Below, piece after piece: positions 1-13,900 of a DNA stretch of 64,000 nt. The DNA is from Amoebidium appalachense (lineage: Eukaryota; Protista; Ichthyosporea). The first letter of the stretch is position 1. Every line of letters starts with the position of its first letter. Where the stretch lies: contig CAVNZM010000004.1 of NCBI GenBank assembly GCA_963693365.1, positions 7,539,093-7,603,092 on the forward strand, read 5' to 3'. The notes under the pieces are model-generated. The model had not been told where the DNA came from, did no database searches, and saw only the letters and a list, made by a program, of their open reading frames with translations. Both the position numbers and the translations under genes were made by a program.

Positions 1-42
1 ACCACCTGCTCACCTGTAAACGATACAACCTTCCCAGAACGA

Positions 43-86
<44 letters not shown>

Positions 87-538
87 CCTGAGGCTCTCCC
101 CCTCTCCCCGGAACCCTCCCCCCAGAACCCCGCCCGTGATCATGGTGACCACCATATGACCACGACGACCACCACTACAAAAAAAAAAAAAAAAAAAAAA
201 GGGGGGGGGGGGGGGGGGGGGGGGGGGCTTCACGTTGCCTTTCTCGCATTCTGCCTCTCTAGCTTTCGTCCTCCTGAGATGCCAATTTATGGCCACCTGG
301 CACAGGAGGAGGAGGAGAAGGGCAGTGGGGGGGGGGGGAAGGAAGGGGGGGAGAGGGATTAATAATGTAGTACATAACTTATGTAGTACATGTAGCAATC
401 ATGTCCTCGGCTAGTTGGATCATAGCAAACTTTTTTCATGAAGGATGGTGAGACGTGTACACGTACTGTATATCGTAAATACTGACACTGTCAGGGCAGA
501 GGGAGAGCCGTGGGGAAAGTCAGAAGGCAACCCCGGGT

Positions 539-569
<31 letters not shown>

Positions 570-1403
570 TGGATGGCGGGGTTGTGTAATATTTGTTCCC
601 AGGAAGTAAAAGACACTACCAAAGCGGGGGGGGGGGGGGGGGGGGGGGGGGTTGTCGGACACAGGTGGGGGTATGTGTTATATTACACGTAGCATATCTT
701 CATATCCATCATTCACTATCTTTCACTCAAAAGACTCTTTTTGATCAAGTTCGACAATCAACATACACAAGTGTAGCTACTATAGTAACAAGTGCTCCAG
801 CGACTCCCCCCTCCCCTCCTTACACACGCAAGATATTATACCAGTAAAAACAAGGACTTATTAAAAAACAATCGAGTCAACGAGTAGGGTAGACCGAAAA
901 TTAATAACACCGCAACCACGAGTTTAGCCATATTATGTTCGGTCGGTGAGCTTTCAACTTCAGAGCTACATGTTGTACACCTACTATCAACAGCAAGAAC
1001 ACGCCTTCACTATTATTGATATTTCTTGTGCAAGGGCCTTCGGCTATTCAGTATCTAATTGTGTGCGTGTGCGTGTGCGTGTGCGTGTGCGTGTGCGTGT
1101 ATGTGCGTGTGCATGTGCATGTGTGTGTGTGTGTGTGTGTGTGTGCACGCGCGTGTGTGTGTGTGTGTGTGTGGCGCCTGTGTCTGGTTACGCCTATATT
1201 AGTGTATATTAGGTCACCCTAAGCAGTTACCAGCTTTGTACCAACACACAACCAAATCTGTGTAAACACTCGACAACTTCTCCATATGCCTTTTTTCCAC
1301 TCCCCCCTCCCTCCCCCCACTCTCCCCCGAGGCTCTCTCCCCCCTCCCCCTGGCCCCGCCCGCTCCACCGTCACCAGAAAAGATACGACACTGAAAGTAG
1401 ATA

Positions 1404-1445
<42 letters not shown>

Positions 1446-1574
1446 CCTCCCCTTCTTCTTTTCGTGCAAGCCGCCCGCACAGCCCAAAAAAACAAACAAA
1501 CAAACAAAAAACCAAAAAAAAAAAAAAAAAAAAAAAAAAAGAAAGAAAGAAAAAAGAAAAAGAAGAACAAACGC

Positions 1575-2411
1575 CTACACATATCCATGCTGTTGACCCC
1601 CAGAGCCCTGTCCGCTAACCGCCATCGTGTGCCCCCTCCTCCTCCCTCCCTGCCTTACATTTTGCGTTGAACCCCCCTCCCTCCCGCTCATAGTGCCCCC
1701 CTCTTCGGAATCCGACGGGATACCAAACGCCTCAAAACTTAAAGTCCTGCCTACAGACATGTTCCTAACGTTATTAACAGACGTCGTTCTACTCCGCCCC
1801 ACCTGCCCGGTAACCCCCCCTGCCTCCGGGTCGGAGTTGAGTTTAGTAATCGACGCGGACGTAAGGGATTTCCTTGAAAGTGGGCTGGAGTCTTGCCTCA
1901 ACGTGTCCAACGATCCGGTCAGGAATTGCGGTTGGAAAGGGAAAATCCCGTATTTTGGGGTTCCGATTTCCGTTGAACTTCTCGCCATCGACTTTGAGTT
2001 AGGCTGTGGTGCCGCCGGTAGTGAGCTCTTCTCTGGTGGGAACTGCGGCTGGAAAGGAAAAATACCGACTTTTTGAACCGTAGTTTCGGATACTTTCGAC
2101 GGCTTGGGAGGTACGTTCTTCGATGGCAAAAAGTCGACGGTTTTTGGTGAGGGTGTTGTGTTCGACTCCTCGTTGCTCATAGGCATGCTATTGTTAGGGA
2201 CACCGAAAACCGGAGTGTTTTTCTCGGATTTTTCCTTTGTTGTTGCCCACGAAGTCTCTGACTCAATCGACTGCTCTATAAAGATGTCTCGGTCGCTTTT
2301 CCGTCGCGCCAGGAACGAGTAAAAGCACACCGCCACAAGCATGAGTATCACTAGGCTGACACCCAGCGTGGCTCCGACTAGAGTGTACGTGATATGTTGT
2401 GTTTCGCTCAT
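1575..2411 (-). CDS. Putative single-pass membrane protein with a long Ser/Pro-rich tail (278 aa, unknown function)
   Basis: Non-repetitive 278-codon ORF with ATG start. An N-terminal hydrophobic helix (TLVGATLGVSLVILMLVAVCFYSFL) is followed by a basic stop-transfer (ARRK). The motif GIFPFQPQF occurs twice. The 3' end may be spliced differently. Confidence 0.6.
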   Translation of the reverse strand: MSETQHITYTLVGATLGVSLVILMLVAVCFYSFLARRKSDRDIFIEQSIESETSWATTKEKSEKNTPVFGVPNNSMPMSNEESNTTPSPKTVDFLPSKNVPPKPSKVSETTVQKVGIFPFQPQFPPEKSSLPAAPQPNSKSMARSSTEIGTPKYGIFPFQPQFLTGSLDTLRQDSSPLSRKSLTSASITKLNSDPEAGGVTGQVGRSRTTSVNNVRNMSVGRTLSFEAFGIPSDSEEGGTMSGREGGSTQNVRQGGRRRGHTMAVSGQGSGGQQHGYV

Positions 2412-3471
2412 TTTTCAATGTCACCTAAGTTTACTTGTAGATATATGTAAGGTAGCTGTCTCGCCTGTCTATAGTGATGGTTTCATGAGAGACGTATAAT
2501 GAAAACCCATCGTGTGTTTAGTAAGAAGCGTGTGCGTAAACATCAGTATAGAGTGTAGTTGTGTCGACTGAGCTATGAAAGGCGGCTCATCATCACAACG
2601 AAGCGGCCACGAAGGAACGACGGGGTGTTGAGTGAGTTGGCGATGTCGATGCGGCAGACCGTATGATAGTAGTACTGGTACCTGTTTGTAAGTTTTGGCA
2701 AGAGTGTAGTTTTATACCATCAGTGAATAACGTGCAGAAACCAAGCCAATTTCTGAACGGAAGAGGTGGTGGGGCTGCATTCGGCCAGCCGAAATTGTTG
2801 TAGAACGACACGCACAAGATGTAAGAGTAATGCTGCAGCTCGTTTAACTGAGCAAAAGAAAAAGTCTAGGTTTGTGTGACTGCACTGGCTTCAATATACG
2901 ATAGTGTTCAGACACAGCTACGTGTGAGCAAAACATTTATTATCATAAGCTACTAGACTAAAACAAGGTGCCGTTGGAGTCAGCAATTTACAGTTTCTTT
3001 CAGAGCATGATGCTGTGTCTCTGGGTTCTGCTCATTCGAGAAGAGCAAGCTGGGGCATATGTGTGTGTGCATGTGCGTGTGTCTCCGTGCTGTGGCTAGA
3101 GATTAGACGGCATGGTGTGTGTACGTGTACGTGTGTGTGTTCCTCTGCCCGTTATGTTTATATAGAGCTACACTCATGCACAACTTTTGTTCTTGTTTGT
3201 GAATAGAGCTCGCCCAAGGAACAAAAAAACTTTGTTCGAGCTCTGCGTGTTTGTTGTCACCGATCAGTGATCACAGTGACACAGCCTAGGCCCTGGTTTA
3301 AAGATCAGTCGACCTTTATAATACTATCTCGTACTAATTGACACATATGAAATGCATACACCAATCAGATGCGACTAAATATTTCGCTGCAATTTGCTGT
3401 GTGTCATGAAGCGACATGCGGCAACTTTTGCGCAGCGCAAAGCCGGTGAACGGCCTGCCGTTGTATAAGGG

Positions 3472-3700
3472 TCTTTTTATTTATTTATTTATTTATTTTA
3501 TATTTTTTTTTATTACCTTGTTCCATCTCGGGTTTCTGACGACCCTTCTCGAACAACATCGGTCTTGCGCATTCACACTTCCAGGTTATCTGTTAAAACA
3601 TACAATAGAAACAAGGGAACATGTGATGCTTAATCAAGAATGGAGAGCCCGACCGGCCGATCAGCACAGGAGCATGGGCTAACGCTGTTTGTGCAAGGCG
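3472..3700 (-). mobile_element. Probable 3' end of a LINE/SINE
   Basis: The minus strand ends hairpin-GGAACAAGGTAATAAAA followed by an (AAAT)n tail, the same layout as the LINE 3' end at 36655-36708 (hairpin-GGAACAAAACGTGATAAAA). 5' boundary not determined. Confidence 0.35.
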
Positions 3701-4001
3701 GCTTCAGATAGAAAACACACTCGGAGTTCTGCCCGAAACCTAATAGGTTGCCAAGGGCATATGTACAAGCGGGATGCATGAAAGATGGGTGATGTTTATT
3801 CGTTAGCACTCAAACAGTTGGGACCCTTCGCGTCCACACATGCACTCAAAAGCTCTATGTCGGTACCCTCTCTCACACGCGCACGAATATGCAGGCACTC
3901 GCGTATACACAGTGTGACGTGAACACATAAACAGCACGCACACAGACACACGTTCAGCTGTGTACGTGTGTTTGTGTTTCTGAGTGAGTGTGAGTGTGTG
4001 T

Positions 4002-4062
<61 letters not shown>

Positions 4063-5487
4063 CGTGTGTGTGTTTGTGTGCAGATGTGTGCGTGCGCATG
4101 TGTGCACAAATGTCCGTGTGTGTGAGAGCGACGGGCACGGTTTGCACGTGTGTGCAAGTGTGCGTGTACCACAGGTGTGTACGTACCTGTGAATGTGTGG
4201 ATGCATGTGGTTTTTAAGTTAGTGAATACTCCAACACGCTTATATAATTATGTTCATACAATGCAAGACTGAAAACCACGGCACCCAAACTGCCACGCGC
4301 GACTGTGGCCTCAGCCGCTGTATAATCAACTATATACTCTGGCGAGTTTTCAAGGGTATGAGTTGGCACGTGATCGAGTTGCTTCGGAGGGAAAGTTTTG
4401 TCGGCTTTGAAAAATAGGAGCTACATCAAAAGGAGCGCAGGCACCCAAACTTGGATTCTACGGTAGCTACTCTTCTGGTTACGTGATAGCTGAATGACAT
4501 GTGTGTTAGTGCTACGCAAAAGGATGTCTGGTTACCACTGTGACACCAAGGAATGCGCGCAACTGATTTGAACTACGAAAAGGACAACCTCCAGAAAGTG
4601 TACTGTTTTCTTTTTACGTCAAAATGCCGTCTGTGTCAAAAACCGAAATTCACAAGCATGACCAAGAATTAAGAGTAAGCGGTAACGTGTGCTAATATGT
4701 GTGGAAGTGTGGAGGCTAGATTGGGAGACAGGGGGGGGAGGGGGGGGGGGGTTATAGAAAGAGTAACAGCCTACACCGTAGGAAGTACTCATCCATGACG
4801 GACAATTGCAACTCATCACACATAAAGAGTATGCCTCGTATATATGGGGGGGTGGGGTGGGAAAGGCCTATTGTAGGAGGGGAAGGGGGGAGGGGGGAGG
4901 GGGGGGGAGGTGTTAGTATGGTTATGGTTGCCCATCGGCTCAGGGCCTGACGTCTCTAGTTGGCCGTGTTGTGTAACGACTGGGGCACATATGCAAGGTG
5001 TAAGAGGCACCGTGAGAGACGGTGGGGAGGTGCACTGTGGCAAAGCCTTTGCTGCAGCCAGTTAGACTGTGTACGCGTGCACGTGCAGGTCTCAGAGGGG
5101 TATTTTCTGTGTGTGTGTGAGTGTGTGTGTGTGTCACGTGTGTGTGTGTGCGTGTGTATGTGGGTGGTTGAGTGTAGGTACACGTCATAATAGGGCGCGT
5201 GAGTGGTAACCGTGGTGTGTGCCCGACGTGTCCGCGCACGCACGTGCATGCACTACATACCGAGGCATATGTACACACACGGCAGTACCGGCCTCTAGAT
5301 CTGCCACGAGGAGGAATAGTTCAAAATTTCTTTGTAGGTGGGGGTTTTTTGTGTCAACAGACACAGAGCCGGGGACTGGACTTGATATTAAGTAGCTGCA
5401 ATAGACCAGATTTTTGTGGTGTGTGTGCCTGTTTTATTTTTATTTTATTTTATTTTGTTTTCTTTGTGGGTGTGGGTGTGGGTGTGT

Positions 5488-5541
<54 letters not shown>

Positions 5542-5618
5542 TCGGGAACTAAAACAAAAACACACACACAACACACACAGGGATGGGGGGGGCGGGGGGA
5601 GTCGGAAGATAAAAGGGG

Positions 5619-5666
<48 letters not shown>

Positions 5667-5759
5667 ACACACGCGGGCGCGGGGGGAGATAAAAGAGGAA
5701 CACGCACACACACACACACGCGCGCGCGCGCGCGCGCGCGCACGGGGAGATAAAAAGGG

Positions 5760-5811
<52 letters not shown>

Positions 5812-5880
5812 CACGCGCACGTGCCGCACACACATACACCCATTCACCTCGTCAACGAAACCCAACTCAAGACTCAAGCA

Positions 5881-6090
5881 TGAAGTACGCATAAACAACG
5901 AACAGCACGATGCAGAGTGCAAAGCAACATAAAAGAGTATGCATAATAAGCAGAGCCCATCCTCAGGGGGAGGCCCAGGTCATCCACAGTGCCCGAGCTT
6001 CGACCCATTCACATCGTCAACGAAACCCAACACAGATACTGCTTCATGTGGGTCACCCATCTTGATCAGATACGAGTAGGGTTACTTATC
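5881..6090 (-). repeat. Dispersed repeat copy 1 with self-complementary core (homologous to 7374-7627)
   Basis: Shared blocks GAAGTACGCATA, ATAAGCAGAGCCCATCCTCAGGG, GGGTCA-CCCATCTTGATCA and ACGAG-AGGGTT-CTTAT. 5839-5869 duplicates 6004-6033. Confidence 0.7.
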
Positions 6091-6106
6091 CGAGCAGGCA
6101 ACCGGC

Positions 6107-6263
6107 AAGCAATGGGAAACGTCGGGGACTAATGTTGCAGCAGTAAGCAATGGGAAACGTCGGGGACTAATGTTGCAGCAGTAAGCAATGGGAAACGTCG
6201 GGGACTAATGTTACAGCAGTAAGCAATGGGAAACGTCGGGGACTAATGTTGCAGCTGTAAGCA
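6107..6263 (+). repeat. 38-bp tandem repeat x4
   Basis: AAGCAATGGGAAACGTCGGGGACTAATGTTGCAGCAGT starting at 6107, 6145, 6183 and 6221, with no spacers. Confidence 0.95.
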
Positions 6264-6856
6264 GAAGGAAGAAAAGTATGGATAGAAACTCAGGAGACGG
6301 GGCTTCTAGGCTCCCCCGTCGATACCTAAGTCGATACTTCCCTGACTAACATACCACACCAGCTGAAAAGAATGAAGTCCCAGGGGAAAAAAGTAGGAAA
6401 GAGGTAAGAGAGACCGCATGTGCATGGGAGAGAGGATGGTGAGTGATTAAGAAGAGATAGAGGGAATGAGGGAGTGAAGGGGCGGGAGAGCGACAAAGAG
6501 AGATAGAGGGAGAGAGAGAGGGAGGGAGGGAGGGAGAGAGGGAGAATGGAGAGAGAAGAAGGAGAGAGAGAGAGAGAGTGTGTGTGTGTGTGTGTTTGAG
6601 TGTGTGTGCATGCGCATGTATGCCATGTTGAGTGTGAAGAGAAAGAAGGAGGGAGGGGGGAGGGGGGGGGGGGGGGGGAGGACGCGAGGGAGGTGAGAGA
6701 GAGAACGGAGGAGGAAGGAGGGAGGGAGAGGACGGAGGGGAGGGGAGGGGGGAGGGGGACAGCCGAGGGGGGGAGGGAAGGGGGTAAGAGAAGGGAGGCT
6801 AAGAGGGAAAGAGAGAGACCGTGTGTTCATGTGAGAGCAGACGGTGCTGTTTGAAA

Positions 6857-6889
<33 letters not shown>

Positions 6890-7088
6890 GTGTGTGTGTG
6901 ATAGATAGATAGAGAGGGGGGGGGGGGGGGGGGAGGGGGAGGGGGGGAGGGGGAGGGAGGGAGGGAGGGAGGGAGGGAGAGAGGGAGGGAAGGAAGAAGG
7001 GAGGGAGGGAGGGAGGGAGAGAGAGAGAGAGAAAGAGGGGGGGGGGGGAGAGAGAGAGAGAGAGGGAGGGAGAGGGGGAGGGGGGGGG

Positions 7089-7195
<107 letters not shown>

Positions 7196-7373
7196 CAAGC
7201 ATAGCCTAAAAGCAAACCGAGTTCCACAACCTTTGCTCGTGCATGGAGAGGGGATGGGAGGATGGGAAAGATGGGAAAGGGGAAGAACCGTGTGTGTGTG
7301 TGTGTCGTGGCGGCGGTGGCGGTGGTGGTGGGGGGGGGGGGGGGGGGGGGGGGGTTGAATGCGGAACACGGTA

Positions 7374-7627
7374 CGAAGTACGCATACACGTCGAGAAGCA
7401 TGGTGCAGGACACATGCAAAGGCAAACATTCAAGTATGCAACATCAGCCATGCGCACAGTATGCGTCATAAGCAGAGCCCATCCTCAGGGAGAGCCCAAG
7501 TCATCAATTGCGTCTGAGTTTCGACCCCTTAGCCCGCATATATACGACTCTCCAACTCAGACAGCAGCATCAACTGAACTTGGGAGGGTCAACCCATCTT
7601 GATCAAAGACGAGCAGGGTTGCTTATG
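7374..7627 (-). repeat. Dispersed repeat copy 2 with self-complementary core (homologous to 5881-6090)
   Basis: Same conserved blocks as copy 1. Long internal hairpin CCCAAGT...GTCTGAGTT/AACTCAGAC...ACTTGGG. Confidence 0.7.
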
Positions 7628-8065
7628 CAAGCAAAGTGAGCAAAACGGTGAAGATGTGTGTGCAAACTAAAGCAGTGCAGCGAAAAATGCGTATGTGCTT
7701 ACAGATGCACGACACAGAGCAACCATGCCCGGTTGCATGGAAGTAAAGCGGTCTCCACACAGTGGTCTGTCCTGAAAGGACACCTCTGAAAGAAGACTGT
7801 GGGGGGGTTTGAATGCAGGGGGGGGGGGGGGGGCAAGGGGGTTTCGTCGCCATAAAATGTTCATTCTACTCGATTGGGCCATGATGTCATGGTTACAGAG
7901 CAAACGCACGTAGATTACAAATGGAGTTGGAGGCTTAAGGGAATTTCTTGACCGATGTGAGTGGCTGCAAGAAGCGTAGCCACGCACCCATGGCAGAGTG
8001 CCGTGTTGTGATAAAAGTATGATCTGTCCGAAGTGGGAGTGCATGCGTGTGAAAGAGTGTGCATT

Positions 8066-8173
<108 letters not shown>

Positions 8174-8262
8174 GTGTGTGTGTGTGTGTGTGTGTGACAA
8201 AAAGAATTTAAAAAAAAAAAGGAAAACCAAAAAAAAGGGGGTGGGCGGTGGTGGGTGGTTGG

Positions 8263-8296
<34 letters not shown>

Positions 8297-9391
8297 GGTT
8301 GGGGGGGGAGAGAGGGGGGGGGGGGGGGGTAGAAAACAAAAGTCGAAAGTTGGGAGATTGGGATTACTCAAACGTGTGCAGTAGGTGTTGAGGTGTTGGG
8401 AATACCGAAGAAATAAAAGGGGGGGGGGGGGGGGGGGGGGGGGGAGTAAATCACGACAGGGGGGGGGGGGGGGGGGGGGAGAGGGGGAGTAAATCACGAC
8501 CGGGGGGGGGGGGGGGGGGGGGGGGGGGCACCTACCCTGAACCACAGTGTCAGAATGAGAACCACTTTCGTACTGCTGAGACCGCCACTGACAATGCCAA
8601 ATGAGGATGGTAACCGACTGGCATCGAGATAGGAGGTCGAGCTAGGCTCAGTGGTTTGTAACGTGTGCTCTTGGTAAGGACACAGCTCAGGGCTCTACTC
8701 GTCTACTCTACTCGTATGCTCGAGGTCACCTTCCAAAGTTTGGGTAACTCTGGATGGCTCCCAGCCACCAACTCGCAAAATTTCTACCATCCTAACACTA
8801 TTAGCTGAAAATATTGAGCCCTGGAACGTTTCGCCTTAAGTGTAAGTTAGGGAAAAGACACACGTGTAGCAACGGTTCCGTGCAAACAAACAAAACGTTG
8901 GCTTTGCAATGAGTGCGGCGCGCCAAACCTGCGGTAACAACTGCTCACTGCCCGCAGTGCACGATTGGCAGAATCGACTTGCGCAAGCATGACATTAGGG
9001 TCTCTGCCGCCAAGCGGGATAGCATTATAAAGGTCGACTGATCTTTAATTTGTAATTCGACATTAATAGGAATAGCTTATTTGGTTATTCAATAATTGCA
9101 CCCGTTGGTGCAATAAAGAAAGAATTCGCACAGAAGCGCAAAGTCTCCAACCATTGGATAGTTTTATACCCCTGCGTCCCATTTTAACCCGGCGTCACGT
9201 TTGCCAAGCTCCGACAGAGGCCCGCGAGCAAGAGCTGGAGGCTAAGAGTGAGAGAGCACCGGAAAGAGAGGAAGGGGGGAGAAAGTTTCTGACAAGGAGA
9301 AAGAGCCTCGGAGAACGGAGGATGGGAGGGCCAGCGGCGGCGGCGGCGGGGAGGAGGGGGGAGGGGGGAGGGAGGAGGGGGTGGTGTACAG

Positions 9392-9455
<64 letters not shown>

Positions 9456-9738
9456 AGGAGGGAGGGAGGGAGCTGAGAAAGTACGGAAAGGCAAGCTCAG
9501 CAAACAGGAACACGGACTCGGGGGGGGGGGGGGGGGGGGGGGGGGACAGCCGGGGATGGGGTGGTGTTGGGAGGGGGGGGGGGGGGGGGGGGGGGGGGAT
9601 GGGGGGGTGTGAAGGAGGGCGGGATTTTTGCAGGGTTTTTTGTTTATTGGGGGGAGGAGAGCATGATGGTGTTCAGAATTTAAAAGTTAAAACTCCGGCC
9701 GCAATGTTAGATAGAGAGAGTGTGGGGGGGGGGGGGAG

Positions 9739-9769
<31 letters not shown>

Positions 9770-9894
9770 AAGAGCGCCTGGGGGGGGGGGGGGGGGGAGG
9801 GGGAGCGAGGGGGAGGGGGAAGGGGGGGGAGAGAGACGGGGGGGGGGGGGAGAGAGGGGGGGGGGGGGGGAGAGAGAGGGAGAGAGAGAGAGAG

Positions 9895-9941
<47 letters not shown>

Positions 9942-9963
9942 GAGAGTGAGAGAGAGTGAGTGA

Positions 9964-9998
<35 letters not shown>

Positions 9999-10155
9999 AA
10001 TGAGCAAGATAAGATGAGAGACAGAGGGGGGCGAGAGAGGGGGGGAGGGGGGCCAGGGGGGCCAGGGGGGGGGGGGGGGGGGGGGGGGGAAGGGAAAGAC
10101 GGGGAAATGGTGTGTACCAAATTAACTAAGCTTAAGGATATATGCGGTATCGGGA

Positions 10156-10620
10156 AAATATTCACAGTGCTAAGAGTATCCACGGTGCTAAGAATAATTG
10201 TGGTGCTAAGAATACCCATAGTGCTAATACTCATCACCGTGGCAGTGCTAAGAATATCCGCGGTGTTATATTAATTATATACGGTACATTGAAACATTCA
10301 CGGTGCCACGGTGCTAATACTACTCAAAGTGCCAAGAATATCCACTCAAAGTGCCAAGAATATCCACAGTGCCAAGAATATCCACAGTGCTAAGAATATC
10401 CACTGTGCTAAGAATATCCACTGAGCTAAGAATATCCACCGTGCTAAGAACATTCACAGTGCTAAGCATATCCACAGTGCTGATAATATCCACAGTGCTA
10501 AAATACACACGCATTGCTAAGAATAACCACAGAGCGAAGATTCCTATATACAGAGTGCTAAAATATTAATAACAACAGTGCCAGCCACTGAGAATATCTA
10601 ATAATATCACAGTGCTCCGC
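10156..10620 (+). repeat. 18-bp minisatellite (AGTGCTAAGAATATCCAC)n
   Basis: Head-to-tail degenerate copies; source of the RISTVL/STVDIL pseudo-ORFs. Confidence 0.9.
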
Positions 10621-11552
10621 CAGATGTATTTATGTTGCTGCAGGCTGTACAAGCTCTGGGCACAGCCACGTACATGAACAGGTAAGTGCGTTTCATGTGT
10701 GCACGTCCAATGTCATTCCCTCTTGGCCGGCTACATATAATTTTTAGGGCCCAGTTATCGTCTATATACATCATGCCACTGACCGTGAACCGCTCAATAA
10801 AGAACTAATATAAACTTAATGCATACTTTTCCGTTGGCAGATATTTTTATTGATCCGAGCCACCAGTTTTTCTCTTGCCCACAGAGATGATTGCATGGGC
10901 CCGGGTTGTATCATGATGCAGCACGCTACACTGTACCGGACTTGCCGTGCTCTGTTGCTCTTCCCCCCACCCCCCTCCCCCCTCCCATCCTCCCCTCCCC
11001 CTCCCCCCCCTCCCCCCCCCTCTCGCTCTTTTTTTTTTCACCCTTTGTGGTTCGGGGCTGCTTTGTGGTGACCAAGGCTTTATTGGGTCCACATCTGCAT
11101 GACATACCTTTGTTGCACACTGTACTCATTGTGCGTTCTTAGGAATTCAGGAAATTTGCCGCTCAGTCACAATACTAATTTCTGAATATTTGTACTATAC
11201 AACCCCACCCCCCCATCTCCCCCCACGGGGTGCTGTGTAGGATGACCCGGTCACCGGCCGGTGAGTGTGAGTGGGTTGTGTGTGGGTTTAAATTGAGCTG
11301 TTGTAAGGTAGCGGCACGGTGCCGAAACTGTTAAGATTGAAATCCGATTGGTAAGGGTTGGTCAAACGAAACTTTGATATGGTGTTTGAAGTGCCACGGG
11401 ATTGGGTTGATGTGGTTTGGTGAGCTTGGGAAGGTGGGAGGGACGGCACCGTGTGTGTGTGTGTGTGTGTACGTGTGTGTGTGTGTGTGTGTGTACGTGT
11501 GTGTGTGTGTGTGTGTACGTGTGTGTGTGTGTGTGTGTACGTGTGTGTGTGT

Positions 11553-11671
<119 letters not shown>

Positions 11672-11789
11672 GGTGTGTTCATGTGTGCGCGTGCGCCCGT
11701 GTGTGGATGTTGAGCATGTGGGGAAAGGAGGGGGGAAGGTGTGGGAAGGCCCGGGGGGGGGGAGGGGGAGGGTTAAGACTCTGATAGTA

Positions 11790-12190
11790 TTTAAACTGAG
11801 TCTTCGGTATTGAATGGCGATTGAAATGCGGAATAGTATAACTTTGACTAGATGGCCCATAAAATACGGAAAAGTATAACAAACTAATATAGACAGCGAA
11901 TACTATGATACCGAAAAGGATTGAAAACTTTGTAGATAGTGAAAACTGTGGCACGGAATAGTATAGGCATTGAATGTAGATAGCACATAAAATGCAGAAT
12001 AGTATAACAAATGAATACTATAGCCGACTGATGGAACAATATAATCTAAAGAAAAAGCTGAATAGTGTAACTTGAAACAAACAAAAGTAGCGAATAAAAC
12101 ACATTGTAGGCTACTGTTTGAAATGAGTAGATGGCGAATAGAATGCCAATTATTTTACTATGAAATCACTATATCATTAGCAAAAACAGT
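11790..12190 (+). repeat. Degenerate AT-rich array with recurring GAATAGTATAAC core
   Basis: The core motif recurs near 11830, 11870, 11957, 11997 and 12060 with irregular spacing. Confidence 0.5.
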
Positions 12191-12660
12191 ACCGAATGGG
12201 GGAGTTCAACACATCCCCAATGTTCGGTCTGTGTGAGTAGACCTCAAATGCCGACCAGGTTTGTCTCCCAACTCAGCCAATCACAGAGACCGGTGAAGTA
12301 GGCGGATGACATATTTACCACGTACAATATACAAACAAGCAAGCTATGTAAAACGAAGAATGGAAAATAAAGATGGATCATCGGTATCGCCAACCATCAA
12401 CTTAGTAGGGCCTTAGTAGCGGGGCCTATTCACATCTCGCTGTCGACTGGTGTGCGCCGCATTCATATGGTTCAAAAGTCATGGCAGTTTGGCAAGCGTA
12501 GTCGAGCTCACTGCTACAAGCTCAAGTACCAGTAAAGTCTTTGTCATTTTATGTAGTACAAAGAGGTATACCGTGACCATCACCACAAAACCGATCTCTC
12601 TCTCTAACTCACCCCCCCCCCCCCCCCCGTCCCCCCTTCAAAGATTTTTTTTTTTTTTTT

Positions 12661-12691
<31 letters not shown>

Positions 12692-13511
12692 GGGGGAGGG
12701 GGAGGGGGGGGGGAGGGGGGGGGGGAGCACATCAAAAAAGTAGAGGGAGGGGGGAAGGGGGGTTCAAAGTTAGAAAATAGTTTATTTATTTCATTTCTTA
12801 TTTTTTTTTCCCCCTTCCCAACTCTTTTTTTCCGACTCACTCCTCTCCCCCTCTGTTCCTGCCACTCGCTTTCCCATTCACTCTCTATCTCTCAAAGTCG
12901 CTCGTATATCCCCTCCCCTACCCTCCCCCCCCCCCCTTTTTTTTTTGTGTGTGTTGTGTGTGGGGGGGGGGGGGGGGGGGGGAGGGGGAGGGGGTAGGTG
13001 GTTGTGGTGGGTGGGTGGGTGGGTGGGTGGGGTGGGGGGGGGGGGGGGGGGGGGGGGGGGCATTTACCCGCAACCCAGCACGTGCACCCTTGACAGTCAC
13101 CATCGGACTCGGCCTTCTTTTTTTTTTTTTTTTTTTTTTTCACTCAAAACCAGAATGAAAGTTATTGGGATGGCTGGAGGCTTCAAATGACTTCCCTCTT
13201 TTTAGTCAATTCGTGAGTTTTCGCCTCTCTGCTTATAGACCCCGACGGCGTGGTGCAACAGCCCCTTCAAGGAATCCTTTAATCAAATCTGTACAGAGTC
13301 TCTTTAAGTTAGCTAGACAAGAGAGATATCGAAAATAACGATTTGAGGTGCTAATAGAATTGTTATAATGCAAACATTTAAGCCTTGATAGACATCGGTT
13401 ATTTCTAAAATTACGATTTGAGGTGCTGATCCGCCTCCCCCCCTCCCCCCTCTCTCTTCCCCCCCCCCCCCCCCCCCCCCCCGAGGCTCTCTTACACACA
13501 CACACACACAC

Positions 13512-13579
<68 letters not shown>

Positions 13580-13617
13580 ATCTCTCTCTTGATCTCTCTC
13601 TCTCTCTCTTGATCTCT

Positions 13618-13701
<84 letters not shown>

Positions 13702-13837
13702 CTCTCTCTCGCTCTCTCTCTCTCTCCCCCCCCTCCCCCCCCTCCCTCCCTCTCCCCCCCCCCCCCCCCCCCGTCTCTCTCTCTCTCTCTCTCCTCCTCC
13801 TCCTCCCTCCTCATCTCTATCCCTCTCTCTCTCTTGC

Positions 13838-13900
13838 TTAGCTGAGCACATAGAGAGCACCCTAACTAGTAAACTGTCGGTGCTGAGTGGAAGACACCGC
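13838..13900 (+). mobile_element. Diverged fragment of the LINE 3' UTR found at 36584-36645
   Basis: TAGCTGAGCACATAGAGAGCACCCTAACTAGTAAACTGTCGGTGCTGAGTGGAAGAC aligns to TAGCTGAACTCATAGATAGCACCTTAACTAGTGTACTGTCGGTGCTGTGTGGTAGAC. Confidence 0.6.

Noticed and set aside
7470-7570. Hammerhead ribozyme (CTGAGGA and GAAAC on the minus strand)
   Set aside because: Strand order fits none of types I-III, stem II does not pair, and GAAA is not conserved in the other copy.
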